A DNA stretch of 64,000 nt from Nitrospirales bacterium (lineage in GTDB: Bacteria > Nitrospirota > Nitrospiria > Nitrospirales > UBA8639): NCBI GenBank assembly GCA_965203295.1, contig CBDBCZ010000017.1, positions 640,001 to 704,000 on the forward strand, written 5' to 3'. The notes under the pieces are model-generated. The model did not search any database. It saw only the letters and a program-made list of their open reading frames with translations, and had not been told where the DNA came from. Positions 33,801 through 54,940 of this stretch are shown piece after piece (positions within the stretch are counted from its first letter, which is position 1; each line of letters starts with the position of its first letter). A program made the translations under genes and the position numbers.

Positions 33801-36800
33801 AACGAGTTCATCGGACACTGGTATCTTCCCAGTGGAGAGTCAGTAGGCTTTAAGAGTGACTACATCTACTCTGGAATTGACATTTACCGCTCAAGAATTC
33901 ACCAGGTGGTCTTACTGCACAGGAAGGAAGGAGGAACGGAAGGCATCTTCCACTGTTCCATTCCAAATGAGAATGGAGAAAATATCGACCTGTACGTGGG
34001 AATATATAAATCTTCAACTCCTGCTGGTAATGATCACAATTTTTTTATACACACTTACACCCTTTCTTCCACCCATACTAATGTTTGTGCTTTCCTTCTA
34101 AACGTATATTCACTCTTATAGGTATTCCTCTCGGAGTTGGGGTACCCCAGTTTGAAGTGCTAACTGAGACAGATGCTGAGAATCCTGTATTTTCTCTGAC
34201 GTGCATCTCTATTGGAGGACCTCCCACTTCCGTGAGCTGGACCAGAGATGGAGCTGGTATCCCAGATTCTGAGGAGGGAGGGAGCTACGTCACCTCTCAG
34301 ACGTGTATTGACACTGTCACTGCGACGTATTATAACCAACTGTGGATACACGGGAGATTGGAGGGTTTATATGAGTGCCTAGTTTCCAATGAAAAAGGAA
34401 CGTCTCCGACCATTGTTAGCTACTTGATGAAAGGTGAAGGACACACGTGTTCAGTGTAAACTTAGGAAATGTGTGCAGCCTAGATTGTAACTTGTAAATA
34501 ATTGAACAGAATTCTTTATTTCTTTTCAGCTCCTACTGCACCTGCTATCTTAACTGCATCACCAGCAGAAACATCAGTGGATATATCTTGGAGCAGCCAG
34601 CCAATGAATCACAGCGATTACAGCATCATTGATTTTTATGAGGTCCATGCCATCCCAGCGGAAGGATCGTGCACTGAGTTAAACACGAGCCACGTAGTGG
34701 TGGTTGTGGATGGTAGAAGCACAGATTGCACAGTAACGTCTTTGGAAGAAAATACCACATACATCTTTACTGTAGTAGCAGTCAATGGCATTGGTAGATC
34801 TAACTATAGTGGGGAGCAGCACGTCACGACATTACCTTCAGGTATGAATGGAGTGTTTTCAGTACACATATTACCTATGTTTACTCAAATGTCTTCATTT
34901 ACCTGTACAATAATATTCAATGGGAGTTTATACCGTGTATGTATTCAGAGAATAGGACTCCTGGAGCTACAGTTATGAAATCACAATGATATACTGGTGT
35001 AATGCTTGTCCCTTACTTTGTGGGGCTTTACTATGTACTACTACTATTAGAGTGTTTGGCTTCCGTTAGTAATGCTTTATTTGTACAACAGTCACAGGAT
35101 CTAGCCTCAAACCTTGTCCTTCCCAGCTCTCGCAAAAAAAATGTCAACGCCCAAGAGCAGTGTTCGTCTTTTTTTTTTTTTGTGCGTGCGGGGAAGACCT
35201 TGGTTCAAGGCTACCACAGATCATGCTTTATGCAATCTTAGTGATACAACTGTCTCTTATTTTATAGTTCCTTCCGGTGCTCCTGAAGCTGTGACAAGCA
35301 CAGCCACATCTTCAACCAGCATTCTTATCCAATGGCAACCAGTGCGCTGCATACATCGCAACAGCGATATAGCAAGCTACCTATTGCAGATTGATAGCGC
35401 TTCCACAACAGAGTCTGCGAATAGCCACAATCAGGACTATGAGTTTACTGGCCTGAATACCTACACCAACTACTCTATCAAAGTGGCAGCGGAGAATGTT
35501 TATGGAGATACTGGTCCATTTAGTGAGAGTACGACAACAGAGACACCCGAAGATGGTGAGACTGCTTTTAGCGGTGATATGATCACTGCTTAGGTATATA
35601 CGTATAACCCTTATCCACTCCCACTGCTAAATTAATGAAACCGTCATCATGAGAAACCATTAATCACAGACTCAATTTGTTAATCATCAGACTACAATGC
35701 TTTGTGTATAATTTTGGGTGTTGTTTTGAATATTAGCCTCGTACCCAACCGCCCACACTGAAAATTATACAAAATTTCAATGAATTTATAGGTATATATC
35801 TAAGTATAAATTGTGTCAATGACTTTACTTAATCAACATAATGAATAACAACAATTATCTATGTCTATATATATATATATATCATTCAGTCCCAGGGCCT
35901 GTACATCTCCTATCAGCTACTCCTCTACTGACGGCAATACAAATCACATGGCTTACACCTCGTGTGCAGAATGGTGTCATTATTACATATGAGGTCATGT
36001 ATGAAGGACCACAGGAGAGTGAATCAGTGAACACCACCGAACTATCATTTGCACTGACCGACCTTGAACCAAACAGTAGCTACGTCTTTACTGTCAGTGG
36101 ATACACTCGGGCAGGACGTGGTGATAATGTAACAGTGAACAGCACACCAATTGACCACAGTAAGCTACCATGCATGCAACAATACTTAAATATTAGAGAG
36201 AGTTCCATACCCCATGCATGCAGTCTCTATCCAATTATACATCTGTGTTCAGTGCTGCATATAGGACAATCAAGAGGGTATACTATTGGTGTTAATGGGT
36301 TACATATTAGGCGTCGTTCCATACCCCATGCATGTTCAGTGTTACATATAGGACAACCAAGGGGGTATACTATCGGCGGTGTTAATGGGTTTTAATTAAA
36401 TATTAGGAACAGTTCTATATATCTCATGTATGTGTGCAGTCTCTATCCCATTATACATCAGTGTAGCCTCATTCCCAGGCTCTACTGACCAGCTTTTTTT
36501 GCACGTAGTAAAATAAGCGGTCAGAGAAAAAAAGCTGGTCATTAGAGCCGGGGAACGAGGCTACATCAGTGTTCAGTGCTACATATATGACACAGTAATA
36601 AAACGTAGTCTAGTGTGCTACTGTAGTAAATGGCATAATGAACTTCTTCCTCACAGTTGTGGTTGAGAACGTACAAACAGAACAGATAGATGAACACTCC
36701 ATTTTAGTGATATGGAATGAGCTGGATATACCAGGTTCAACCGTTGTGAACTACACAGTCTACTACAGCAGTTTATCAGTCACGGTAACCACGAGGACCA

Positions 36801-38952
36801 CAACTGTACCTGACGACTCCACTCAGGAGTTCCCACCAAATGTCACTCATGGCATTTTTCGAGAACTGGACTCAAACCACAGGTATCAGTTTCAGGTGAC
36901 TGCAACTGTGGAGGTTGCTGGCTACATTGTGGAAAGCAAGAAGTCCGTGGTGACAGACTATTCAGTGGTAACTATCGCCCCAGTTCCTCCATCTGCTAAC
37001 ACTATTTGCCTCAAGCCAGCAAGTCTCGGAGGAGTAGTTGTCGGCATCTTTGCCTTCACTACCTTCATTTTCCTAGTAGCCTTCCTGATTGTTACCTGCA
37101 TTGTGAAGCGAGGAAAAGGTAAAGTATATAACACTGTAGCTGCATGAAATTAAATGTGACATTATATTCCAGGACTCGTTCCAGCAGAAGGCTTGGTTTA
37201 ACATCTTACAACAGAATTATGTATCATCAGTATAAAAGCTAGGTGTGAGCGCTTGATCCAGCCCTGTTGTATAACCTCGTGTAAGCAATAATGCCATGCA
37301 GTGCCCTGGGGTCCAGGGTCTAAGTTAAGCCCTAAGTAAGGTTTTCTACGGTGGCCGACAGAGTCATTTCTCGTTCATCCTCACTGTTCACTGCTAAGCG
37401 ATTTGACCCCGGGGGGCGCTAAGCGATTCGACCTCACTGTTCACCGCTCACTGCTCACCGCTTACGGCTCATCGCTAAGCGATTCGTCTCCAAACTGATT
37501 CACTACGAAAGTGAATCCACCCTGAGCCTTGATTAGTGATTAAATAAAGGAGCTGAACGAACGGGCTTAATTAGCAAGCCACGTACGAATACCACCCGTG
37601 GAGGCCTAGCGTGTCTGTGATTCTGACTATGGAAGATATAGGGTAGCTAGCGCAATAGACAGCCACAATCATGCAGGAGTTAAACTCGCATCATGAACGG
37701 TGAACAGTGTGGGTCGAATCGCTTAGCGGGGAACCGTAAGCGGTGAACAGTGTGGGTCGAATCGCTTAGCGGTGAACCGTAAACGGTGAACAGTGATGGT
37801 CGAATTGCTTAGCCGTGAAGAGTGAATGGTGAGGATCGAATCGCTTAGCGGTGAACAGTGAGGGTCCCCCTCGACCCTCACTGTTCACCGCTAAGTGATT
37901 CGACCCACACTGTTCACCGTTCATGATGCAAGTTTAACTACATAATAATGCTATCAATCCTGCATGATTGTGGCTGTCTATTGCGCTAGCTACCTTATAT
38001 CTTGTTCACTGTTCACTGCTATGCGATTCCACCCTAAGCGATTGGAGCCTCACCGCTAATTGATTCGGCCCTAAGACTCACCACTCGCCGCTCACAGCTA
38101 AGCGATTCGACCCTAAGCGATTCATGAGCATTATTCAAAGGCAGCCTTCCCCTTTAAAGGTGCCAAGAGACACATGTAGCATGCAGTAAGAATGTGCTAG
38201 AGTATACATGTAAACATACGCATGCCTAGTAGTCTAACAGCATGGAGAGAACACTACATGGGATTTTGATTCGTGACACTCACCTTTCCCGACATATCAT
38301 TAAGTAGACCTGCTTCCTCTTAAGCTTTCATGGACAGCCATGCTGCGATATCTTCTAACCCTACCTCAGATACACTGCTATACAAACATGATGCGAGTTT
38401 AACTACATAATAATCCTGCATGATTGTGGCTGTCTATAGCGCTAGCTACCTTTTATCTTCCATAGTCAGAATCACAGACACACTAGGCCTCCACGGGTGG
38501 TATTCGTAGCTACGTGGCTTACTAATTAAGCCCAGCTCTCCTTTATTTAAAGGCTCAGGGTCGATTCGCTTTCGTAGTGAATCAGTTTGGAGTCGAATTG
38601 CTTAGCGGTGAGCGGTGAGCAGTGAGCGGTGAACAGTGAGGTCGAATCGCTTAGCGGTGAATAGTGAGGATGAACGAGAAATGACTCTGTCGGCCACCGT
38701 AGTTGTCACCAGGGTCTAAGTTAAGCCCTAAGGAAGGTTTTCACCACTGGGGTCCAGGGTCTAAGTTAAGCCCTAAGATTTTCACCCCCTTTTTTTTCCT
38801 TCTGGGGTAAGAACTAGGCATACTTTTTTCGTATTTTGTCTATTTTAGTCATGCAAAGTGTTCATTATTATTACTCAGTGGAAGTACAGAAGCGTCCAGT
38901 GGTCAGAAGGAGAAAACCTCCAACAGCACCGAAAACCGAGACGGAATCATAA
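30841..38952 (+). CDS. Ig/FN3 receptor, copy 2 (chimera: copy-3-type 5' end, copy-1-type remainder)
   Basis: Same exon structure; exons 3 onward are offset +9169 from copy 1. Signal peptide MEHPRVSVVAAALITILLVLQPHSC. Confidence 0.8.
37346..38702. mobile_element. Second copy of the foldback element (part of the tandem duplication)
   Basis: Matches 28177-29533 at +9169. Confidence 0.9.
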
Positions 38953-39272
38953 GTAGCGCAAAAGAATTCCTTATTATTTTATTGTACACATACTGGCCTG
39001 TCAGATCTGATGAAATTCCGTTAACTATGTGACTCTTTTGACGCACTGAAGCAAAGTGGGCAGGGGAGGGCCCTTGTCATGTGCAAATGGTTGCTAAAAT
39101 TCTGCAATGTTATATTGTCTGTAGCTATGTAGAACATGATGACACTGTGCTATTAGTCATGCACTTGTAAGATGATATATAGGTCTGGGGGGACACGCCC
39201 TTTCAATTTCTTTGAAAGAGAATGTTTACTGTTTTCAGCATTATATTTCTACACAAAATATAGGCATCCCAA

Positions 39273-39814
39273 GTGCTAAAAACACCAGAGAGAGGAGCTC
39301 TGGCTATAGGAGTCATCATGCTGGTATAGTATTACAAAATCCTTGCAGGTCAATTTGGCATTGAGGCTTGTAAAGTAGCTACATGTAGCATAACGAGAAA
39401 ATCTGTTTCCTCAACTTTTATTGTGAAATGTCATCTAATGATTATGGCTTACCAGACCCAAGTTCATTAAGCGGCTTCTTATTTTTCTATTGTTCAAGAA
39501 GGGTTTTCTGCAGTGTGGATCATGTATAGCCACAGCTATTCAATGGTGCTGCAACGGTCTAGTCTCAGACAGCTATAGTCAGTCTGGCAGGCGCAGGGTG
39601 CTCTCATTAGGCAGGCGCCCGAACTATATCCCAAATAACTGGTTGTGCACGATTTTGCACCGCATAATAATTATCGCTATAGACAGTGCTAGTAAACACG
39701 TATTCTGGCAACGAATGCCCTCGGGACTTACGGTAGACGAGGTAGAGAGACGCCTTCAGTTCTACTCATCCCGGCTCCTTAGACTTTACAGATCTGGGTC
39801 ACTTCCATGGTAAC
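39273..39814 (-). pseudogene. Second remnant of the FSIP2-like gene 5' end
   Basis: Matches 30104-30645 at +9169. Confidence 0.85.
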
Positions 39815-40009
39815 TTGGGTCCGGGAACGCCCACTATTGATGGTGGGAGGGGCTGCGGCATGCCAGGCCGGCCGGTCCATAATTCATATCTCAAAAAAAA
39901 AAATTGGCGCGAATTTGTCGCTTACGTCATGCGATTCATAACGGCCGGCCAGCCGCGCTCAACGATATCGATACCAACTGGCGGCCATGGTAACGTCTTC
40001 GAGAGCGCA

Positions 40010-43000
40010 ATGGAGCACCCCAGAGTCAGTGTCGTAGCTGCTGCGTTGATCACAATACTACTAGTACTGCAGCCACACAGTTGCCAGAGGTAACGTACAA
40101 CCCATATAAAGCTAGCATAGTCATAGTGTGTATGAGCGCAAGTGTTCAGTCCACCATGCATAGATAGTAGTGTGCATACGAGTCCACCCTACAGGGCGTC
40201 CGGTTAGGTATCGCATCAACAATTCTCATTGTCATAGTTAGAACATTGTTATACTTGTTTATTCAATTTCCGTTAGAGACAGTACGTTAGCATTCACTTA
40301 TTTTTAGGGTTTGAGTTACTACATGTAGGTTAGGGTTAGGGTTGGGTTAATAGAGTTTGGTTAGAGGCTAGGAAGCTAATCGTTGGGTTTAGCACTGGCT
40401 ACAGAGCTTCATTTTCAAGCTATTCACTAGTTCACGAGTGTACATGTGCATGCATTCCCTATACAAATGTACATGTACATGCTAACGTAATGTCTCTAAC
40501 GGCTTGTGTTTATTCTACAGCTACAATCCTACTGAGGGAGTTCATATCAACCTGGAAAGCAGAGGAGTCCCAAACCACGGCGTTTTGAACCAAGCTGACA
40601 TAGGAACGGCAGAAGATAGCATCCTACACTGCCGCTCTGACAGTCCACGAGCGGACATTGGAACATGGTTTTATCCCAATGGAAGCGAGATCAGTTTCGA
40701 GAGCGAGGGAGAGATACTCTATCAGGAGAGAGGGGTTGGTGTGGTGAGTCTGTATTCCACGAGCAACACCAGTATTCCGGAGGGCGTCTATAGTTGCGTA
40801 ATGCCAGCAGAAGATGGAGAAATACATTCAGCATATGTTGGAATATATGCTGAAGATTCAGGTATCTCAGCTTAACTCATGAGTTCTTAACCTTTGAATT
40901 AGGGCCTCTCTTTTACCCTGCCTTTACTGAAACTAACTGTAGGCTTGCTTGTAAATTAATGTAGATGCACAACTTCTAACTATTAGGTGCTCCGGTCATT
41001 TTAGAAGAAATATCCTTCCTTGCACTGACCACTATGGACGCTGCCACTCCAGTGTTTACCCTGACCTTGACATCAAGTGGGGGGCCCGCCCCATTAGTCG
41101 TTTGGACTAGAGACTGTGTTCCGTTTCAAAGTGACAGCACACATGTCCAATCAATGACACTGCTGGACCCGGAAAGTGCTACCTATCGGCATTCTCTGAG
41201 GGTGACCGATGAAACCAGCGGTGTTTACAGGTGTATTGTTATCAACTGGATGGGGTGTGCCAGTGCAGCCATAAATTTCACTAGTATTCAGTTGATGGAG
41301 AATGAAACATCACCAGAAGTAACTAGCAGATGTGAGTAGCTGTTTGTTAAAATTTTGTTTACGTAAATAAAATTATGATTAAAAGCTATGTATTTGGAAT
41401 AAAAAAGCAAGGAATGCGTAGGAAATACAACACAAGCACGACAACATTTCTCCAGAAAAGGAAATACTAATAAAGGACTAAAGTAGAGCACAACAAGGAT
41501 TATTACTTTTAACCCTTTCACTGGTATAGGCCACTTTACTGCCCAAAGAAACAAAACAAAAGCCCATACTTTATACTAACGCCCAATATAAAAACGCCAT
41601 ATAAATTTATATGGGCCTTATGGAAGCAGATCTCTACCGGTTCATGAAAGGGTTAAAGGAGTGACTGTTAATTGTTGTTGCTGTTTACTGTATTGACTGA
41701 GAACAAATCTTATATTTTTAATTAGGTGCTTGGATGACATTCAACGAAAGACTAGTGTATAACAACAGTATCGTAAACAGGTACGACATATACACCCCAG
41801 ACAGAGTTTCTGTGCAGTGCTGGACAGACGACAACACCACGACCAGTTGGTACTATCCCGATGGTACAGAGGTTCCCATCAATTCACCAACAGGTTTCTT
41901 TCAAACAAGTGGTGATAGAGTCAGCATCTTGAGCAGACACGGAGGTGGTGTGCAGGGAGTATATAGCTGTGTGGTACCAGGGCAGGATGGAGATGAACAC
42001 ACACTGTATATTGGTATCTACGGCAGTCCAGGTAAAAAATCGTGTATTTGTAATGTATGCAATTATTCTGTGGAGTATCTCTACCATGAATGCCTGCGGC
42101 ATCAGACTTTACATCATTTATATGCACTGTTAATTATATAACATAAATTCCAACCTCTACCTACAGTGCATGAAATAAATACACCATTTTCTCATATGCA
42201 CTGTTTTACACATAATTATAATTATGATGAATTTTGAATGTATTCTGCTTTAATCAATTTCCAGGTACTGTGGGTACACCATTCATAACTGATATCCAGT
42301 TTCAGCAACTGGACAATGAGACGGTAGTTCTAAATTGCTCTTCAACGGGAGGTCCGGCGTCTGAAACATTTTGGACAAGAAACTGCATCCAGATCCAAAG
42401 CGACGAGAGTCACATCTTTTCCAAAGTACTGGTCGACAGTGAATCAGCTACGTATGAGAATACACTCCAAATCACCGGTGAATGTGTTGGGTTGTATCAG
42501 TGCATCGTGACGAACCCCAGGGGAGCAGCAATAGCAAACTACTCTTGCGGAGGGAACGATGCTCATGATGCTGCTTGCAATAGTTGAGTACCTTTTTTGT
42601 CATTCGTGATCACTGCCCTTGCTTTCAATCCTGCAGCTAGCTAACATGTATATGAATGGAAATATATATTTTTATATATATATATATATAGCAGTGCTTT
42701 TCATCACATTTCACTATCAAATCCTTTCCAACCCAGGCGTCTGGATTACACACAATGACAGAGTACTCCCTAACAACAGCATTGTAAATCTGGAAGATAT
42801 TAACTTTCAGGGCAAAGGGACTTTGAAGTGCTGGACTAGCTGGTATTATTGCTGCAATACCCATTTTACTCTCGATAACGAGTTCATCGGACACTGGTAT
42901 CTTCCCAGTGGAGAGTCAGTAGGCTTTAAGAGTGACTACATCTACTCTGGAATTGACATTTACCGCTCAAGAATTCACCAGGTGGTCTTACTGTACAGGA

Positions 43001-46000
43001 AGGAAGGAGGAACAGAAGGCATCTTCCACTGTTCCATTCCAAATGAGAATGGAGAAAATATCGACCTGTACGTGGGAATATATAAATCTTCAACTCCTAC
43101 TGGTAATGATCACAATTTTTTTATACACACCTACACCCTTTCTTCCACCCATACTAATGTTTGTGCTTTCCTTCTAAACTTATATTCACTCTTATAGGTA
43201 TTCCTCTTGGAGTTGGGGTACCCCAGTTTGAAGTGCTAACTGAGACAGATGCTGAGAATCCTATATTTTCTCTGACGTGCATCTCTATTGGAGGACCTCC
43301 CACTTCCGTGAGCTGGACCAGAGATGGAGCTGGTATCCCAGATTCTGAGGAGGGAGGGAGCTACGTCACCTCTCAGACGTGTATCGACACTGTCACTGCA
43401 ACGTATTATAACCAACTGTGGATACACGGGAGATTGGAGGGTTTATATGAGTGCCTAGTTTCCAATGAAAAAGGAACGTCTCCGACCATTGTTAGCTACT
43501 TGATGAAAGGTGAAGGACACACGTGTTCAGTGTAAACTTAGGAAATGTGTACAGCCTATATATAGCTAGATTGTAACTTGTAAATAACAGAACAGAATTC
43601 TTTCTTTCTTTTCAGCTCCTACTGCACCTGCTATCTTAACTGCATCACCAGCAGAAACATCAGTGGATATATCTTGGAGCAGCCAGCCAATGAATCACAG
43701 CGATTACAGCATCATTGATTTTTATGAGGTCCATGCCATCCCAGCGGAAGGATCGTGCACTGAGTTAAATACGAGCAACGTAGTGGTGGTTGTGGATGGT
43801 AGGAGCACTCATTGCACAGTAACGTCTTTGGAAGAAAATACCACATACATCTTTACTGTAGTAGCAGTCAATGGCATTGGTAGATCTAACTATAGTGGGG
43901 AGCAGCACATCACGACATTACCTTCAGGTATGTATGCCGTGTTTTCACTACACATAATACCTATGTTTACTCAAATGTCTTAATTTACCAGTACAATAAT
44001 CAAAGGGAGTTTATACCATATATGTATTCGGAGAATAGGAGCTACGTACAGTTATGAAATCACAATGATGTACTGATGTAATGCTCGTCCCTTACTTTGT
44101 GGGGCTTTTCTGCCACTATTAGAGTGTTTAGCTTCCGTTAGTAATGCTTTATTTGTACAAACAGTCACAGGATCTAGCCTCAAACCTTGTCCTTCCCAGA
44201 CCTTGTCACTCGCAAAAAAAGTCAATGACCAAGAACATTTTCCGTTATTGTTTTTTTTTCGTGTGGGAATACCTAGGTTCGAGGCTACCATGAATCCTTT
44301 TTTATGTGTTAATTCTTGCTAGTGATACAACTGTCTCTTATTTATAGTTCCTTCCGGTGCCCCTGAAGCTGTGACAAGCACAGCCACATCTTCAACCAGC
44401 ATTCTTGTCCAATGGCAACCAGTGCGCTGCATTCATCGCAACAGCGATATAGCAAGCTACCTATTGCAGATTGATAGCGCTTCCACAACAGAGTCTGCGA
44501 ATAGCCACAATCAGGACTATGAGTTTACTGGCCTGAATACCTACACCAACTACTCTATCAAAGTGGCAGCGGAGAATGTTTATGGAGATACTGGTCCATT
44601 TAGTGAGAGTACGACAACAGAGACACACGAAGATGGTGAGACTGCTTTTAGCGGTGATATGATCACTGCTTAGGTATATACGTATAACCCTTATCCACTC
44701 CCACTGCTGAATTAATGAAACCGTCATCATGAGAAACCATTAATCACAGACTCAATTTGCTAATCATCAGACTACAATGCTTTGTGTATAATTTTGGGTG
44801 TTGTTTTGAATATTAGCCTCGTACCCAACCGCCCACACTGAAAATTATACAAAATTTCAAGGAACTTATAGGTATATCTAAGTATAAATTGCGTCAATGA
44901 CTTTACTTAATTAATCAACATAATATGAATAACAACAATTATCTATGTCTATATATATATATATCATTCAGTCCCAGGGCCTGTACATCTCCTATTAGCT
45001 ACTCCTCTACTGACGGCAATACAAATCACATGGCTTACACCTCGTGTGCAGAATGGTGTCATTATTACATATGAGGTCGTGTATGAAGGACCACAGGATA
45101 GCGGATCAGTGAACACCACCGAGCTATCATTTGCACTGACCGACCTTGAACCAAACAGTAGCTACATCTTTACTGTCAGTGGATACACTCGGGTGGGACG
45201 TGGTGATAATGTAACAGTGAACAGCACACCGATTGACCACAGTAAGTTACCATGCATGCAACAATACTTACATATTAGAGAGAGTTCCATACCCCATTCA
45301 TGTAGTCTCTATCCAAATATACATCTGTGATCAGTGCTACAATCAAGAGGGTATACTATTGGTGTTAATGGGTTGCATATTAGGCGTCGTTCCATACCCC
45401 ATGCATGTTCAGTGTTACATATAGGACAACCAAGGGGGTGTTAATGGATTAAATATTAGGAACAGTTTTATATACCCCATGTATGCGTGCAGTCTCTATC
45501 CCATTATACATCAGTGTAGCCTCATTCCCAGGCTCTACTGACCAGCTTTTTTTTGCACGTAGTAAAATAAGCGGTCAGAGAAAAAAAGCTGGTCAATAGA
45601 GCCGGGAAACGAGGCTGCATCAGTGTTCAGTGCTACATATATGACACAGTAATAAAACGTAGTCTAGTGTGCTATTGTAGTAAATGGCATAATGAACTTC
45701 TTCCTCACAGTTGTGGTTGAGAACGTACAAACAGAACAGATAGATGAACACTCCATTATAGTGATGTGGAATGAGCTGGATATACCAGGTTCAACCGTTG
45801 TGAACTATACAGTCTACTACAGCAGTTTATCAGACACGGTTACCACGAGGACCACAACTGTACCCGACGACTCCACTCAGGAATTCCCACCAAATGTCAC
45901 TCATGGCATTTTTCGAGAACTGGACTCAAACCACAGGTATCAGTTTCAGGTGACTGCAACTGTTGAGGTTGCCGGCTACATTGTGGAAAGCAAGAAATCC

Positions 46001-46652
46001 GCGGTGACAGACTATTCCGTGGTAACTATCGCCCCAGTTCCTCCATCTGCTAACACTATTTGCCTCAAGCCAGCAAGTCTCGGAGGAGTAGTTGTCGGCA
46101 TCTTTGCCTTCACTACCTTCATTTTCCTAGTAGCCTTCCTGATTGTTACCTGCATTGTGAAGCGAGGAAAAGGTAAAGTATATAACACTGTAGCTGCATG
46201 AAATTTAATGTGACATTATATTCCAGGACTTGTTCCAGCAAAGGCTTGGTTTAACATCTTACAACAGAATTATGTATCATCAGTATAAAAGCTAGGTGTG
46301 AGCGCTTGATCCAGCCCTGTTGTATGACCTCGTGTAAGCAATAATGCCATGCAGTGCCCTGAGGTCCAGGGTCTAAGTTAAGCCCTAAGGTTTTCACCCC
46401 TGGGGTCCAGGATCTAAGTTAAGCCCCTAAGGTTTTCACCCCTGGGGTCCAGGATCTAAGTTAAGCCCTAAGGTTTTCACCCCTTCTTTTTATTTCTGGG
46501 GTAAGAATGAGGTATACTTTTTTCGTGTTTTGTCTATTTTAGTCATGCAAAGTGTTCATTACTATTACTCAGTGGAAGTACAGAAGCGTTCAGTGGTCAG
46601 AAGGAGAAAACCGCCGCCAACTGCACCGAAACCGAGACGGAATCGTAAGTAG
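40010..46652 (+). CDS. Ig/FN3 receptor, copy 3 (diverged paralogue with intact exons)
   Basis: Same exons with scattered substitutions after 41303. No foldback insertion. The tentative last exon 46573-46652 reads VEVQKRSVVRRRKPPPTAPKPRRNRK*. Confidence 0.85.
46357..46484. repeat. ~42-bp tandem repeat (3 copies); empty site of the foldback element
   Basis: ccctggggtccagg(g/a)tctaagttaagccctaaggttttcacc x3. The same units flank 28177-29533. Confidence 0.85.
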
Positions 46653-47192
46653 CGCAAAAGAATTCCTTGTTATTTTATTGTACACATACTGGCCTGTCAG
46701 ATTTGATATGAAATTTCGTTAACTATCTGACTCTTTTGACGCACTGAAGCAAAGTGGGCAGGGGAGGGCCCTTGTCATGTGCAAATGGTTGCTAAAATTC
46801 TGCAATGTTATATTGTCTGTAGCTACATATGTAGAACATAATGACACTGCGTTATTAGTCACAGAAGAATCAGTATCGATACTAGCTGCAAGTCGCAGTT
46901 AATGGCATAAGACCTTTCCTTATTATTCCTTGCAGTGGCACTATCCATGATGGAGACTAACGATCGAAGAGTTATGTCACCCCATGCAGAATAACTACCA
47001 TGGCACCATTAATCAGCACTGCATGAACGTTATCATGACGATTATTGTCTAATGCTATACACTGTGTAATAATGGCACAGTGCCTATATTATAGCTCGCT
47101 GCAAGAAACGTCCCACGTGCGAGCCCCACCCCTTTTCAAAATAGCGTTTTCAAAGAGTTAATTAATTAATTAAACTTTTTTTTCATATCGCG

Positions 47193-54478
<7,286 letters not shown>

Positions 54479-54940
54479 GGCCAGTGTGCAACTTCACTCT
54501 TAATGTCTCATCAGCATAATGTATTAAGTAACAAGCATGCATTCACATTGAGTTGTATATACAGTGTTCATAATGGTACAGAAATAAAACAGGTTAACGC
54601 TCCTACTATGACCTTTATTTACCCATACAAACAAGGCATATACACATAATAAGCATCGTGTTAATAATTCAGGCTTCCCAAGTATATTAAAACACTCAAT
54701 AGTGAAACAGAATGGGTAAACAAATGAGAAAACTATTTAATTTTTTTTCTGTGGACAGTGTAAAAAAGTGCCAAAACAGCAAACACGACAGAGCTAGTTT
54801 ACTATAGTACAAATTGATCATTTGCGACATCAGTTATGTCGTGGTTGATTGTTCAATTTGAAGTGAGCTCTGTCCTACTAATTTTTTTTGCTTTTACAAA
54901 CGTGCAAGCTGCAAGAAGTGGTGCATCGATGTTGGTATCA

